Shown here: positions 14,993 through 29,140 of the stretch, piece after piece
How positions within the stretch are numbered: position 1 is the stretch's first letter
How the letters are laid out: each line of letters opens with the position of its first letter
Source of the DNA: Octopus vulgaris
Taxonomy: Eukaryota
Direction of reading: 5' to 3'
DNA: 64,000 nt
NCBI GenBank assembly: GCA_951406725.2
Contig: OX597818.1
Coordinates: 6,014,001 to 6,078,000, forward strand
Notes under the pieces: model-generated
Told to the model about the DNA's origin: nothing
Databases searched by the model: none
The model's input: the letters and a program-made list of their open reading frames with translations, nothing else
Made by a program: the position numbers and the translations under genes

Positions 14993-15052
<60 letters not shown>

Positions 15053-16559
15053 GATAGATAGATAGATATATAGATAGATAGATATATGTACATAAATATA
15101 TATATCTACGAATATGTGTGTGTATGCGGATAGATTGATTGTGAGGGAGAGAGTGCCATGAGGCCAACATATATTTAATCTGATTCAAAAGGAATTGGAA
15201 TCATGCAACTAAAATATAATATCTATCCCAATATTTTGATACATTATAACGTCATTAGATGCTTGATTGGAATTAAAATGTTGTCACGTTATCATCTAAC
15301 AAACTGTCGCCTTTTAGGAAAGAAAATAGATTTGTCAACATATTTATGTTGCTATTATATATAAATATAGGTGGGTTATAAGTAGACTGAAAATATATCG
15401 GAAAATCCCTGTGGGCGCAGTTTCTTTATTCTCTTTCGCAGCATTTGCAAAACAAGAAATGTTGCTGCTGGTCTAACAAATATGAAGCTAAATTGGGTGG
15501 ACATTGATTTCTCAAGTACAATATTGCTGTAGGCATTTTATCTGATCGTTAGTATAGGAATCTAAACAAACGGCGAGGAAAACAGATTTAAATACTAGCA
15601 AAGAAGTATCCGAGCTTCGAGTCTTTGTTTGAGACCATTATCTTTAATATGGTGCCTTCCAGCGATTTTCCGAGATGGCTCGTAAGAATGAGATAGTGCT
15701 CTTTATATTAGAGATCAGCATCACGAAGTGCAACTTTTCCGTAGGGGATGTACTGTAAAAGTGCTCAGCAGTGTCATTATATTGAAGATATATTAAGGTA
15801 ATTGCAATATATGAATTAATTAAAGATTTTAAGAAACCCATTAGAATATCTTGCAGGAGGAAAAGACATGAAAATGGTGAGATACGTGAATACAGATATA
15901 TCTTCATTCATTTAGCAGACCGAACCACTACTATTACACACATATATATATTACACACACACACACACACATGCATATATATATACCCACAATCAAGCAC
16001 ACACACATACACACACATACACACACACATATATATATATATATATATTTATATAAAGAAAGAAAGAGAGTAATGGAAATTTTGTTTGAATAGTATAACA
16101 AAACCATTATACGACTCAACATCCGTATATGCTTATCACAAAATAGACTGTGCATTCAGTCACATTCTTTGTGGTATAGACACACACTAGCATAATACAA
16201 ATAACAAAATAATTTGAGATAAATAACAAAAATCACTGATGATTTACACGAATACGAAGTGTATTAATGTAATGAACAGCCAAGGGCACATTTAAATATT
16301 CAAGAAAAGTAACGAACAACAATAACATGAATGAATTGATTGCCTAAGTGTGTGAGTGAGTGTGTGAATTCATGTATATATGTATTTTTAGAGACACAGA
16401 AACTCAAATATAGCCTTTTCAATAAGACACGATACAGCAATGTCAACATTTTTCAATGATTTTCCAAATGCCGATTTAAATATCGAAGGTTTTTTACTGT
16501 TACTGTGGCTCCTAGAAGTACTGCTATTTCTGTTGACACTGCTGTTTCTGCTGATACTG

Positions 16560-16885
16560 CTGCAGCTGATGATGATGATAATGAGGATAAGGATGAGGAT
16601 GATGATTGTGGTGATGACGACGACGACGATGATGATGATAATGATGGTGATCTTGATAATGTTATCAGAAATAGTACTGTTGAAAATATTAAATGTGATA
16701 GAGATGTTGATGATCATATTCATGATGTTGTTCAGGATTAAAATTATTAGGGCTGTTAAGGTCACGATTACCGCGAAGAAGACGATGATGATAAAGATAA
16801 TGATGATGATGATGAAGCAGAGGAAAAAGAAGGAGGAGGATGATGAGAAGAAGAAGGCTGACTATGAAGAAATAATAATACAGCT
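16560..16885. repeat. Degenerate (GAT/GAC/GAG/AAG)n low-complexity tract
   Basis: Directly visible; produces the poly-M/D ORFs. Confidence 0.85.
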
Positions 16886-17169
16886 GTGAAATCTTACATG
16901 CATTAATCTATACTATAGTTTGTCCGGGTAAACTGAAATCAGGCTGTTTAAAGAAAACTTCAATGTAACTTGTAGCGATTTCTCTTCAAAAGATACAAAA
17001 TTTTGCATCGTGCTCTCTTATAGTTCCAATAGAAAAAAAAAAAAGGTTTAGCTCCCAATGACATTCATAATTATGTTTGTTACATTAGATGATGGTGTTC
17101 CACTTTTATCATCAGTATCAAAATGAAAAACTGAATTTTGTTGGTAAAAGGGGAATTTTGAATATAACC

Positions 17170-17546
<377 letters not shown>

Positions 17547-17547
17547 T

Positions 17548-17619
<72 letters not shown>

Positions 17620-17628
<9 letters not shown>

Positions 17629-17748
17629 ATGCAATGTCCCGTACATCCCCTAATATTGAGGCCGTCACCTTCTCTGCAGATGAAACGACCTTGGCCTTCT
17701 TTGGAGCGAGTGAAGGTGTTACCATTGCATGAATTGTTTCTTTGTCTA
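17620..17748 (-). repeat. Near-perfect inverted duplicate of 17310-17438
   Basis: About 125 bp reverse complement with one visible mismatch (ccaatg vs ccaagg); the spacer is (TA)n(GA)n(GATA)n. Confidence 0.9.
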
Positions 17749-17858
17749 TATATATATATATATAAATATATATATATACATGTATATATATGTGTATATA
17801 TGTAGATATATGTACATACATATATATATGCATATATATATATATATGCATATATATG

Positions 17859-17889
<31 letters not shown>

Positions 17890-17917
17890 TCATATATATA
17901 TATATATATATATATAC

Positions 17918-17952
<35 letters not shown>

Positions 17953-17984
17953 TCATATATATGCAGATCATATCCATTTGATAG

Positions 17985-18375
17985 AATCGCCTGTCAGAGT
18001 AATTGTGCAGTATGTTCGACAAATCCACACGTAAATTGTAAAACCAAGGGCACTGTATACGAGATTAAGTGCCAGGAGGGAGCTTGCGCGACTAACCCAG
18101 AGTCATACATAGGTGGGGCTTCTAGAAGCATCAATGATAGGTTCAAAGAACACCTGGACAACTACATTGAAAGGAAGCCAAACTCCATCTTCCACCAACA
18201 TGCTGTAGACTGCCACAAGGGATCCTTAGGGAAACTTAATTTGAACATCCTATCAACACATCCCACCGATGCAATGTTGAGACAGGTCACAGACGCTGTT
18301 TGTATACAAGAATACAAACCTACTCTCAACCGAAAGTCCGAATGGAGTAACATCCAGATCCCATTCAGAAGGACT
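17985..18375 (+). mobile_element. GIY-YIG endonuclease of a PLE (RQxxEAVxI..LNxKSEW type), 5'-truncated
   Basis: [34 protein letters not shown], a frameshift, then [39 protein letters not shown]. It lies between TA-rich and (CT)n tracts. Confidence 0.7.
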
Positions 18376-18386
18376 ATTCTATAACC

Positions 18387-18454
<68 letters not shown>

Positions 18455-19369
18455 TGTAATCTTTACATACAGGTTGCAATGCGTATGTGCAGTTATATAT
18501 AACGGTATGAGCGTACGTTGTTTGATACGTACAGTTGCACTTAGGCGTTGTATCCATTTACGGTTAGACGATGATGAGAGGAACAAACACACACCCACAC
18601 ACACATATATATATATATATATGTGTGTGCGTCTATACAAACAAATATGTGAATATGTATACAACCTTCAACAAAGTAACAGTCATGTACACAACTTGGA
18701 CGGACACATGCCAGTACACGGACATACGTTCACATACACATACACATGTACACACTCTCACAGACACGTCGGCCCATTCTCCAAGACACTCACATACATA
18801 CGTAGCACATGAGTACAAACATACATACATACCTACGTATGGGCATACACACGTACATACGCACGTACATGTACGCACACACATACATGGGCACATGCAT
18901 ACGTGCGCGTATACATACATACGCATATGTGTACGTATGTACATACACGCATACATACACACATACATACATACATACATACGCACATACATACATACAT
19001 ACGCTCAATAGTAAAACAAAAGTTCTGTGATATAGAGATAAAGATCTGTTAATAGGTTTTAGGGTATAGTTTTGGGAGTAAGCGTCGTAAATCACCTCCA
19101 AGCTTCGGCCAGAGGTAGTTGAAATTTGATAGCATTGTGATGAGTGGTCACTCTACATCCATCCATCGCTATAGGTTTATAGCTTTGTGTTTATAGAGTG
19201 TATGTGCGTGCATATACACACACATACATATATACATACATACATACATACATACATACATACATGCATACACAGGCGTATGTACGTACATGCATACGTA
19301 CATACATACATACACAAAGGTATGCATACATACACACATACATACGTACATATATATGACGAACTAACT

Positions 19370-19584
19370 GTTACTTTCTCTGATGCAGCACGGATTTTTG
19401 TCAGTGAACAGGTCGCGGATTTTAGCGACGAAATTATTTTGACAAATTAAACTTAAATGTTGAAGTGAATCGAACGGCTTTTGTGTGTTTCTTAAATGGC
19501 TTATAAACACCTTCCACGCTGCAATTGTTTTCGTTTCAGCACACGATCTCAGATCAAATTACTTGCTATGCGAGTACATCTCCG

Positions 19585-19588
<4 letters not shown>
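19370..19588 (+). mobile_element. About 200-bp non-coding PLE-terminus-like repeat (copy A) ending in (AT)n
   Basis: Homologous to 20762-20960 (minus) and 20962-21072 (plus); contains a hammerhead-like fold. Confidence 0.7.
19397..19446 (+). ncRNA. Minimal type I hammerhead-like motif with a G3:C8 core
   Basis: Stem I tttgtca/tgacaaa; core GTGAACA plus an extra G; stem II gtcgc/gcgac; GAAA-ttat-TT. Confidence 0.55.
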
Positions 19589-19670
<82 letters not shown>

Positions 19671-20727
19671 GTAGGAGTGATTGCACAAAAAGTACTTAAC
19701 ACTATTTGAAATATTTTTTGACTCTGTTCAGTGCAAGAGCCCGCCTCTTCTAAACAATCCAAAGCCTGAAAGAGACGAGCCTGTGTTAGGGGCCTGTGAA
19801 ACCTGAAATCGTGTGTTTTTATGTATCATTGTATGTATGTATGCATGTATGTACGTACGTATGTATCTATGTATGCGCGCGCGTACGTATGTACATGTAT
19901 TTGTATATTTGTTATTCAGGAGAATATCCTTTAAAGTAAGTCGGTTTTCTGAAATCTTTTAACGAATTACCCTGAGCCAATGGATGAATCTAGGAGTGTA
20001 CACTGTGTCAAGAAGATGCGATAGCCATATAAATACTACTTATATCACCAGTAATATTTTTCTGATGATATCCATATCAAAACTTCAAAAACTTAACTTT
20101 TGTATAAAATTTTACCAATTTGCTCCCTGATGCCAGCGTGTAGAATAGAAGTTGGAAATGATGAACATTTCATTGAGTTACTGAAAGAATTTAATTCGTC
20201 TTAAGCTAACATGATTTAATTTAGACATCACAACAAGTATGATATATTTGTAACATGCCATTTTGCCTTGCAGAAACTGAAGCTATGCTCATGTAGTATC
20301 GAACAAAACAGTCAATTTATCTGTTTACTCTATATCCAAGGTTGCAATTAATGCGCTAATAATATCTCTTTATCTGAAAGTCTACTATATCTAAAATGAT
20401 GTTTAACAAACTTCAAATAGTTATTTTTATTTACTGTAATGGAAATAAATTTCGTAATTAGTGTAAAATATTGCGTAATTGTATACTACTTGGCCCATAA
20501 TGACAGCATGAATGTACCGTCATAATACATCTATTTATTCAGTGTAATTTGTACTTTATTTAAAATAATACGTCTATGTTTTCAGAAGCAGACATGAACG
20601 CTCATCAGAAAAATGTACATTAAGCGTCATATGCGCATATATTGGAGCACATTAGTCAGGAGTCAAGTTTGATTATAAATTATACTTCTTTTTTTAAAGT
20701 GAAATTTCGTATTCTTAATACTTACAT

Positions 20728-20761
<34 letters not shown>

Positions 20762-20765
<4 letters not shown>

Positions 20766-21072
20766 CGGGGATGTACTTGCATAGCAACTGTCTTGATCTG
20801 AGGTCGTGTGCTGAAGCAAGAACAGAAGCAGCGTGGAAGGTGCTTATAAGCTATTTAAAAACACACACGCAAAAACCATTAGATTGAGTTCAACATTTAA
20901 ATTTAATTTGTGTCAAAATATTTACGTCGCTTTGAAACCGCGACCTGTTGACTAACACAAAAGTTTTGCCAGCGAAAAGGTTGCGGTCTCAAAGCGACGA
21001 ATATATTTTGACACAAATTAAATTTAAATGTTGAAATTAATATAACGGTTTTTGTTTGTGTTTTTTTTAATA
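20762..21072. mobile_element. Inverted pair (copies B and C) of the 19370-19588 family
   Basis: 20762-20960 (minus) is joined to 20962-21072 (plus). Shared gcgacg..tattttgacacaaattaaatttaaatgttgaa. Flanked by (TA)n and (TCTA)n. Confidence 0.75.
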
Positions 21073-21093
21073 TATACATATATATAGAATTGC

Positions 21094-21220
<127 letters not shown>

Positions 21221-21233
21221 CCTACCTACCTAC

Positions 21234-21272
<39 letters not shown>

Positions 21273-21296
21273 ATCATCTATCTATCTATATATATA

Positions 21297-22470
21297 TTGG
21301 GAGAGTTTACGAAAAAAACAAAAGATGTATTAGTATAAAGCTGAGGAATACAAAAAGTCTTTTACGCTTCGAGCCTACGCTCGTCTACAGAAAGGGACAC
21401 GGAAAAAAACAAGGAGAGAAAAAAAAGTGTGTAGTGGCTAACGATCTATCACGGCGACTGCCGGACAGAAGGGTCACACAGGAGTGCGAAGAAGTGGGGG
21501 AGATAACAAAGTAAAGATGTCCCCAATAGGAAGGTGCGTGAGTGTATAAGAGAGTATATATGTGCGTGTGAAAGAGGGCTGGTGGTCTGGACGTGTGCAT
21601 GTATGTATGTATAGGTGTGAAAATGTGGGGATGGGAATTGCTTAGTGCTGGTGTGTGGGTCGTGTGTCGTGATGTGATGTGTGATGTTATATGGTGTAGT
21701 GTGGTGTGATGTTGTTGGGAGGTGGGGAGGCGAGAGTGGGGAAAGCACGGGTGGGGTGTGGGTTCGGCTGAGGGCTGGAGTATAGTTGGGGTATGTGGGT
21801 AGGTCGATGATGGGTGCCGGGGATGAGGATGGTGTTGGAGAGGTAAGGGCAAGTGCGAAAGCCTGGGCGGGAGCAGGGGAACAAGCCAGGCTGGGAGTTA
21901 GAGTTGGGGAAGCTGTGGACCAAGAGGTCTCATAGGTTGTGGGCTCATTTGAAGGAGGGAGGGGTTGGTTAGGGAAGATGTGAAGTGGACGGATCGGACT
22001 GGAGATGCCGGAAAGCTCGGAGAATGGTGCGTTGGAGAGGTAAGTTGGTGGGGTGGTAGGTGAAGGGAAAAAAGAGGCGGGAGACTGTAGGACGGGTTCG
22101 GGGAGAAGAAAGCAGATGCACGCTCCACGGAGCGTGCTCTGGCAAGGGCGGTATGGATAGTGGTGAGGAGATATCCACGTAGGATGAAGTGGTGAACCAT
22201 GAGTTGAGACTGAGTCTCAAAGTCATGGTCGTCACTACAGAGCCTGCGTAGACCGAATAATTGGAACTGGAAATCGTGGTGTGTTTGGGGTGGGAGTAGG
22301 AGAAGTTGAGGTATGAGTGTGAGTCTGTGTTTGTAGTGGATGAAGCTGGTCACAGTGGAATGATGAATGCTGACCGAAATGTCCAGAAAGGAAACAAATG
22401 TGTCAGAGATAGTGCAGGAGAAATGGAGGGCAGGATGGAAAGATTTGACAAAATAGAGGAAGGAGTCTAG
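21297..22470 (-). mobile_element. 5'-truncated, internally deleted Neptune-like PLE
   Basis: RT/thumb VSFLDISVSI..IHYK..LRRLCSDDHDF..FILRGY..ALARA, then PFTYHPTNLPLQRTIL and linker LFPCSRPGFRTCPY. No GIY-YIG seen. Both ends lie in TA-rich tracts, with a hammerhead near the 3' end. Confidence 0.8.
21359..21394 (-). ncRNA. Variant or decayed minimal hammerhead
   Basis: Reverse complement cttt CTGTAGA c gagc-gtag-gctc GAAG cg TA aaag. Stems I and II are intact; A6 is U and A15.1 is G. Confidence 0.5.
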
Positions 22471-22501
<31 letters not shown>

Positions 22502-22549
22502 TTACGAATCCATGTACGCACACACACACACATATATATATATATGTTG

Positions 22550-22933
22550 CGTGGCCCTCCGTCGGTTACTACGACGACAAGGGTTCCACTTGATCCGATC
22601 AACGGAACAGCCTGCTCGTGATATTAACGTGCACGTGGCTGAGCACTCCGCAGACACATGTACCCATAAAGTAGCCTCGGGGAGATTCAGCGTGACACAG
22701 TATGTGACGAGGCTGGCCTGTGGAAATACACGCACAGCAAAAACAAGAAGAAACATAGAGAGAAAGTTGTGGGGAAAGATTACAGAAGGGGTCACCACCG
22801 CTCCCTGCCGAAGCTTCGTAGAGGTTTAAGTGTTTTCGCTCAATAAACATATAAAACGCCCGGTCTGTGAATCGAAACTGCAATCCTACTACCACGAATG
22901 CGTTACTCGAACCACTGAGCCACTGCGCCTCCA
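22550..22933 (-). mobile_element. tRNA-derived SINE, separate family
   Basis: Minus-strand head ggaggcgcagtggctcagtggt (A-box) ... gtttcgattc (B-box). The body ttgatccgatcaacggaacagcctgctcgtga has a decayed relative at about 30480-30550. Confidence 0.75.
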
Positions 22934-22969
22934 CATATATATCTATATACCTATACGCATGAAGTTACA

Positions 22970-23023
<54 letters not shown>

Positions 23024-23024
23024 C

Positions 23025-23099
<75 letters not shown>

Positions 23100-23271
23100 A
23101 TATATGTCTATATGTATGTATATATATATATACATATATATATATAGGGAGAGAGAGAAAGAGAGAGAGAGAGATGCAACTGTATGCATATATTTATGAA
23201 TGTATATATGTGTATGTATATATTGATATATACATATTTATATGTGTGTGTATATATATATTTATGAATGA

Positions 23272-23314
<43 letters not shown>

Positions 23315-23583
23315 TATATATTCATATTCATATGTATAAACAGAACAGCATACATATATACGTAAAAATATATAAAATTATATAAATATGAGTGTGCGTG
23401 CGCGTATATATATGTTTACGTTATATATATATACTTACACAATCGTTCATGCATATATACGTAAAAAATTTCACTCACAAAATCAGATATATTGCAATAT
23501 TCTATAGATCCAAGACTGAAAGCTGCGTTGTCTCTGGGGAATATGTAGGATTCCATTGAATATACGCATATATATATATATAC

Positions 23584-23634
<51 letters not shown>

Positions 23635-23779
23635 ATGTTATGGATAGCTAATTTATGTGTATTTTTATGTTGGCACAAACTCAGCTGAAATGGTGATAGA
23701 CATATCTGTGTCTCACTGAGCTGGAATTCTTACATTTGTAGTTTGTTTATAGCTGCGTATGTATGTATGCATGTATGAA

Positions 23780-23835
<56 letters not shown>

Positions 23836-24699
23836 GGTATGTATGTATGTTTGCATCTATGTATGTATGCGATTGTGTATAAATATACGCTTATATACGT
23901 TTATATATAATACTCTATACTTAGATATAATTACTCACTCTCCAAGGAGTTAAAGCTATATACTCTTTCTTTCCTCATAAATGCCATGACTGTTCTAATA
24001 TTTCCTGCGTCTGCATCGTTAATGTCATCAAACTATGTACTTAGAAAAAATCTACTTATTTTCTTATTAATAAAAATGGGCATGCAATGTTTTCACCACG
24101 CTGCAAATATTCCCTTAAGGGTTCATATTTTTTTACCTCAAATTCTCAACCATAAATGTCACTATATATGGGGAGCATGCAACAACTGATATTTATAATC
24201 AATAATGATATTAACACAAACATGAATCAGTTTGTCTTATTTTGTTCAATTTTCCATCTATTTCACTTTCGTGAATTGAAAAAAATAGATCGAAAAGTAA
24301 TGCATGGAATCTAATCTAGGCACGCTTAACAATCATTAAGCAAAAAATAGTTTGTAATTAAACTCCACACTTATATATCGCAGTTTAATATACATAGGTT
24401 ATAGAAAGAAAGAACAACAATTACAGAGGAAAGAAGTAGTATGTTGAAGATACATAGCAGTGTCAGAGAAATTCCTGTTGATATTCCCTTAGCTGTGCTG
24501 CTTTATGATCTACAATTCAATGTTATCTCGTGTGAGGTTGTCTTATTTCACTCCACCTTGGGTTTATTTTAATATTTTTAAGAGTACAGAAGAAGGTAAT
24601 TTAATTAAGTCAATGGTAATAAAATTTCATCTCATGTCTTACTTGCAAGATATTCTAAGGTTTTTGTGTTCAGAATCTTAATGGTTTTATCTTCTATAT

Positions 24700-25070
24700 T
24701 ATACTTGTTTCAGTCATTAGACTGTGGTTATGCTGGAACAAATGCTTCAAGAGTTCATAGTCGAATGAATCCACCAAGGATTTATTTTGTCGGCGGTCTC
24801 TCGCAGCCGGGTCGCTGAGTTACGGGAACCTAAACACACCATCACCAGTTGTCATAGCGTTGGTGGTGGACAGAGATTTTTGTATATATATATATATATA
24901 TATATTTAGGACGGATTCTTTTCAGTTTCCGTCTACCAAATCTACACACAAGACTTTTGTTCAACCGAGGATATAGTAGAAGATACTTGCACAAGGTGTT
25001 GTGCTGTGGGACCGAACCCGGAATCCTGTGGTTTGGAAGCAAGCCTCTTAATATAGAGCCATGCCCGTGA
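24700..25070 (-). mobile_element. Full-length diverged SINE with an internal (TA)n tract
   Basis: Same head + (TA)n + tail layout as 38432-38877. Confidence 0.8.
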
Positions 25071-25121
25071 CTGTATTTATAAGCAGATTTATTATGAAAT
25101 AAAAGTATTTATAAAATGTAT

Positions 25122-25226
<105 letters not shown>

Positions 25227-25231
25227 ATTAT

Positions 25232-25680
25232 AAGGCAGTCAGCTGGCAGAATCGTTAGCATGCCCGGTAATATGCCTAGCGGCATTTCGTCCGTCTTAGC
25301 CTTCAAAGTTCAAAATCGGACGAAGTCAACTTTATATTTCATCCTTTCAAGGCGATAAAATAAGAACCATTGTGGTTGATGTAATCGATTAACCCCATCC
25401 ACGATAAATGCTGACCATGTGCCAAAGTTTGAAACCAAAATTTATAGCAACTATAAGGCTGCCCAGCTAGCAAAATTGTTAGCACGCCGGGTAAGATAAC
25501 AAGCGGCATTTCGTCCATCTTTACATTCTGGGTTCCAATTCAGCCGAAATCAACTTTGACTTTCATCATTTCGGGCGCAATGAAATAAATACTAGTTGAA
25601 TACTGGTGTGATATAATCGACTATCCTTCTCACCTGAAATTGCTGGCCTTGTGTCAAAATTTGAAGCCAATGTGTACATG
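25232..25680 (+). mobile_element. Two tandem diverged SINE copies, family of 3951-4350
   Basis: Heads at about 25232 (ggcagtcagctggcagaatcgttagc) and 25457 (ggctgcccagctagcaaaattgttagc). Confidence 0.8.
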
Positions 25681-27537
25681 GAATATTCCATTTCAATAAA
25701 TTTGTAATAGAGTTATCATGCATTAATGGCTAAATTGTTGTAAAGGGTAATAGGATTTGTTAAAAAAATTTTGGCATTTTACCATCATTCATCGATAAAG
25801 TACCTCAAAGTTACTGATGTTCATTTAAAGATGAAATAGAATGTCAGTTTGAATTTAGACTGTAAATAGATTTTTTTAATATTCGCATGCATTTTTCTGT
25901 GCTTATATTATCTTTTCATTTAATGTGTAATATTATTTACTTTTACTTCTGAAAAAACAAGAATTATGGTAATCAAAACATTACCTGTCTGCGATTCGAT
26001 TACTCACTTTAAATAATAATTTTAAAATTGTTCATACGTTAGCGTCGTAATCGTTTGCGCATCTGTCAAAATGGACAATCGTTATGCATTGTCTCTTTAT
26101 GTTCCAAGTTCAAATCATTTCATTCATGTGTTGTCGATAAAAAAAAAATGCATTAGTTAAGAACTTGAGTCGATGAAATCGAATATATCCTTCTTTGAAT
26201 CTTGAGTCCATGACACTTTGCTGGAAATCAATTTTGTTACGTTGTTTTGATTGAAAAACCAAATTTCTGAATAGTATGTGTCAGCGATTTACTTTTGGGT
26301 TCATATTTTTTCTATAATAATAATTTTACTGGTGCCAAGAATGTTAAATCCTTTCAAAATTAATTTTTATCAAATTACAAAATGCAACATTTTTAAATAA
26401 GGAATTTGTGTAAATACAACCTGTGGATGATGGACAAAATGACGTGCAGGGATTTAGTTGCAAACTTATATAATATATCTATAGTACCTTTACTCTATAT
26501 ATTAGCTTCACATTTGAAGGAAGATATGCTAGTGACATATTTGGCCTGATTGAAATAAATTCATCATCGAATCGAAGAAAAATATTGTTTAGTACTTATT
26601 GTAAATCATTTCCCATTTTTGATCATTTTCCGAAAATATTTTGTAACACATTTTACAATGGTGTGTTTACAAACAAGTTTAATATAAGAAATCCCATTTT
26701 AGTCAACGGAAAAATTGCATACGTAAATTTTGTCTATAAGTACGTTGAACACTGGTTACATACATTGACGGTCTTTATAAATGAACACCTTCACAATCTC
26801 CAATTTCCTCGAAATAGTGTTACAGCATTATGCTCTTCACAAATTTCCTAAAAGTGATTTCAGTTTAGTTAGCGTTTCATTAGTCTCCTTTTACATGTTT
26901 TTCAAAATGTGATAACATCCGGCCCCATATATTGATATCTCATATAAACAGCTATAATAATATAGTTTAATCAATGAGTTTGTAGAATAATATTGCAAAT
27001 AACTAATTTTATGCGGCATTTTATTGTATTATAATAAAATGCCAAATTATAATTTATCAAGCGCCACTGACAGTGAGGTAATGATATCATAGAAACACAT
27101 CATCGTTTTCTTTCACGCCACTGAGTTACCCCGTTGTCGATATATGTTCCCCTTAGTAACTATACTAAATTGAATCGGTGTTATGTATTACATGACATTG
27201 AAGCACTTTACTTAACACATCTTAATTAAAAATACAGAAGCGCTGAAACACATCAATCGAAGAAACATGAACATCGGCTTTGACAAGCATGTTATTCTAA
27301 GTCGCACGTTGGAAACTGTGAATGGCGTAATACACAATAAATATAAACATAGAGAAAAACCTATCTTTCACTGTGAAGCTGCATAAAGATGATTGGTCTA
27401 AAGCACTTAGATACTGACACCCCTCTCTACTGTTACACCCCGACGATTGTATGTATGTGAATGCATATACATACATATACATGTATATATATATATACAT
27501 ATACAATATATACATATACATGTATATATATACATAT

Positions 27538-27580
<43 letters not shown>

Positions 27581-27642
27581 ATATATATACATATATATAT
27601 ATAGGTTATAAAATGAGATAGGGGTTGAAAATTCAACCCACC

Positions 27643-27679
<37 letters not shown>

Positions 27680-29140
27680 AATTAGAGATAAAACCACTAT
27701 TATGCAAATCAAACAGTGAAAAACATAAACCAAAACATAGAAATAAAATTAATTAATATAATATACAAAAGATATAAAATATAAAATTCAAAATTTAAAT
27801 TATTTAAATTTAAAGTTAAATTTTTTTTTAAATTTAATTTATTAATTTATACTTATAAATTTATATATATATATATTTATTTATTATTTTTATTTTTATT
27901 ATTATTTTAATTTTTTTTTAGATATAAACTATCAAGAAGTATTCAAAAGTTTAATATAAGATGAAATGTAAAACCACTACGATCGTTTCGTGCCCATAAC
28001 CTAATTCGAATAACAATAATTAATTTAAATTCAATTAATAATTCGAATTATGATTATACTCAATCTTCAGGTTAATGATAATACTTAAATAAATAATCAA
28101 ATATATTTACACAATATTTTTTAAGAAATAAATAAAATAATAATTTTTCTTATAAAAAAACTCTATCATCAAACTAGAAACTTTAACGATTATGATTATG
28201 TCATACAATCGATTATAATGTTAAATATTAATTTTTAAGTATTAATTTGTACTGTAAGAAACCCACAAATAATCTAATCCCAGTTATAGTCAATATCTAA
28301 TTACCTAAATATTTAACAAAAAAAATCACTATTCATATTATTAAATTTAATTTCAAGTCAAATAATTATATAATATTTGAATAATAACTAAATTATCAAT
28401 GAATATATATAAATGTATATAGATATAATAATTAAGATCTAAAATTATCACTATCAATAAATATATATGCACGTATAATAAAGACCTAATAAACTAATTA
28501 TTCATTATTACTTACAAATATATTAAAATAATAAAGATGAAAAGCTAACTGTAAACAAACAAACAATCTTAAAAGAACGTTATAACTAATTAAGGATCCA
28601 TATATCTCGTTGGCTAATTAACAACTTACAAAAACCGTATAGTTAAGAACTAAAATGAAATAATAAAATACTTAATGAAATAATCAATCCGTAGTTATAT
28701 AGTATCCAATAAATACTACGAATATATTTATCAATGGAAAAAATATTACTACCAATTATCAATTGAAAAAAGCAATAGATAAGTTATAATAACAATTATA
28801 AAATATTTAAAATAACTATCAACAAATATAGTTATTTAAGACTAAAATTTATGCTATCAATACATGTATATACATGAAACCTAACTTTAAAAAAAAACTC
28901 GTATAACTGTTAACGATCTAAATATTTCTTTGGCTAAGTAAAGTCTTACGAATAAACGTAGAGTTAAAATCTAATAATTATATAGAAAAAACTACGATAA
29001 CTAAATCATTACATAACAATCAGTATTTATATAAAATACAACATTATACAATAAGTCTTATTAAAATATTTAAATTTTAAAATTTTTAAATCTTAAATAT
29101 AAATATATACTTAGCTTTGCGAGGTTTTGTGATATATAAA
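27680..29140 (-). mobile_element. Extremely AT-rich non-coding segment between (TA)n tracts carrying a hammerhead; probable PLE 3' UTR/pLTR
   Basis: Bounded by (TA)n on both sides, no credible ORF, hammerhead at 27972-28075. Confidence 0.5.
27972..28075 (-). ncRNA. Type I hammerhead motif with a long stem II
   Basis: Reverse complement aac CTGAAGA [about 70-nt hairpin with taattcgaat/attcgaatta] GAAA cgatcg TA gtggtt. Stem III is the palindrome ACGATCGT; stem I is weak. Confidence 0.6.

Noticed and set aside
22870-22933. tRNA genes at A/B-box-like heads (also 3951, 38877, 54800)
   Set aside because: No full cloverleaf; each continues into a repeated SINE body.
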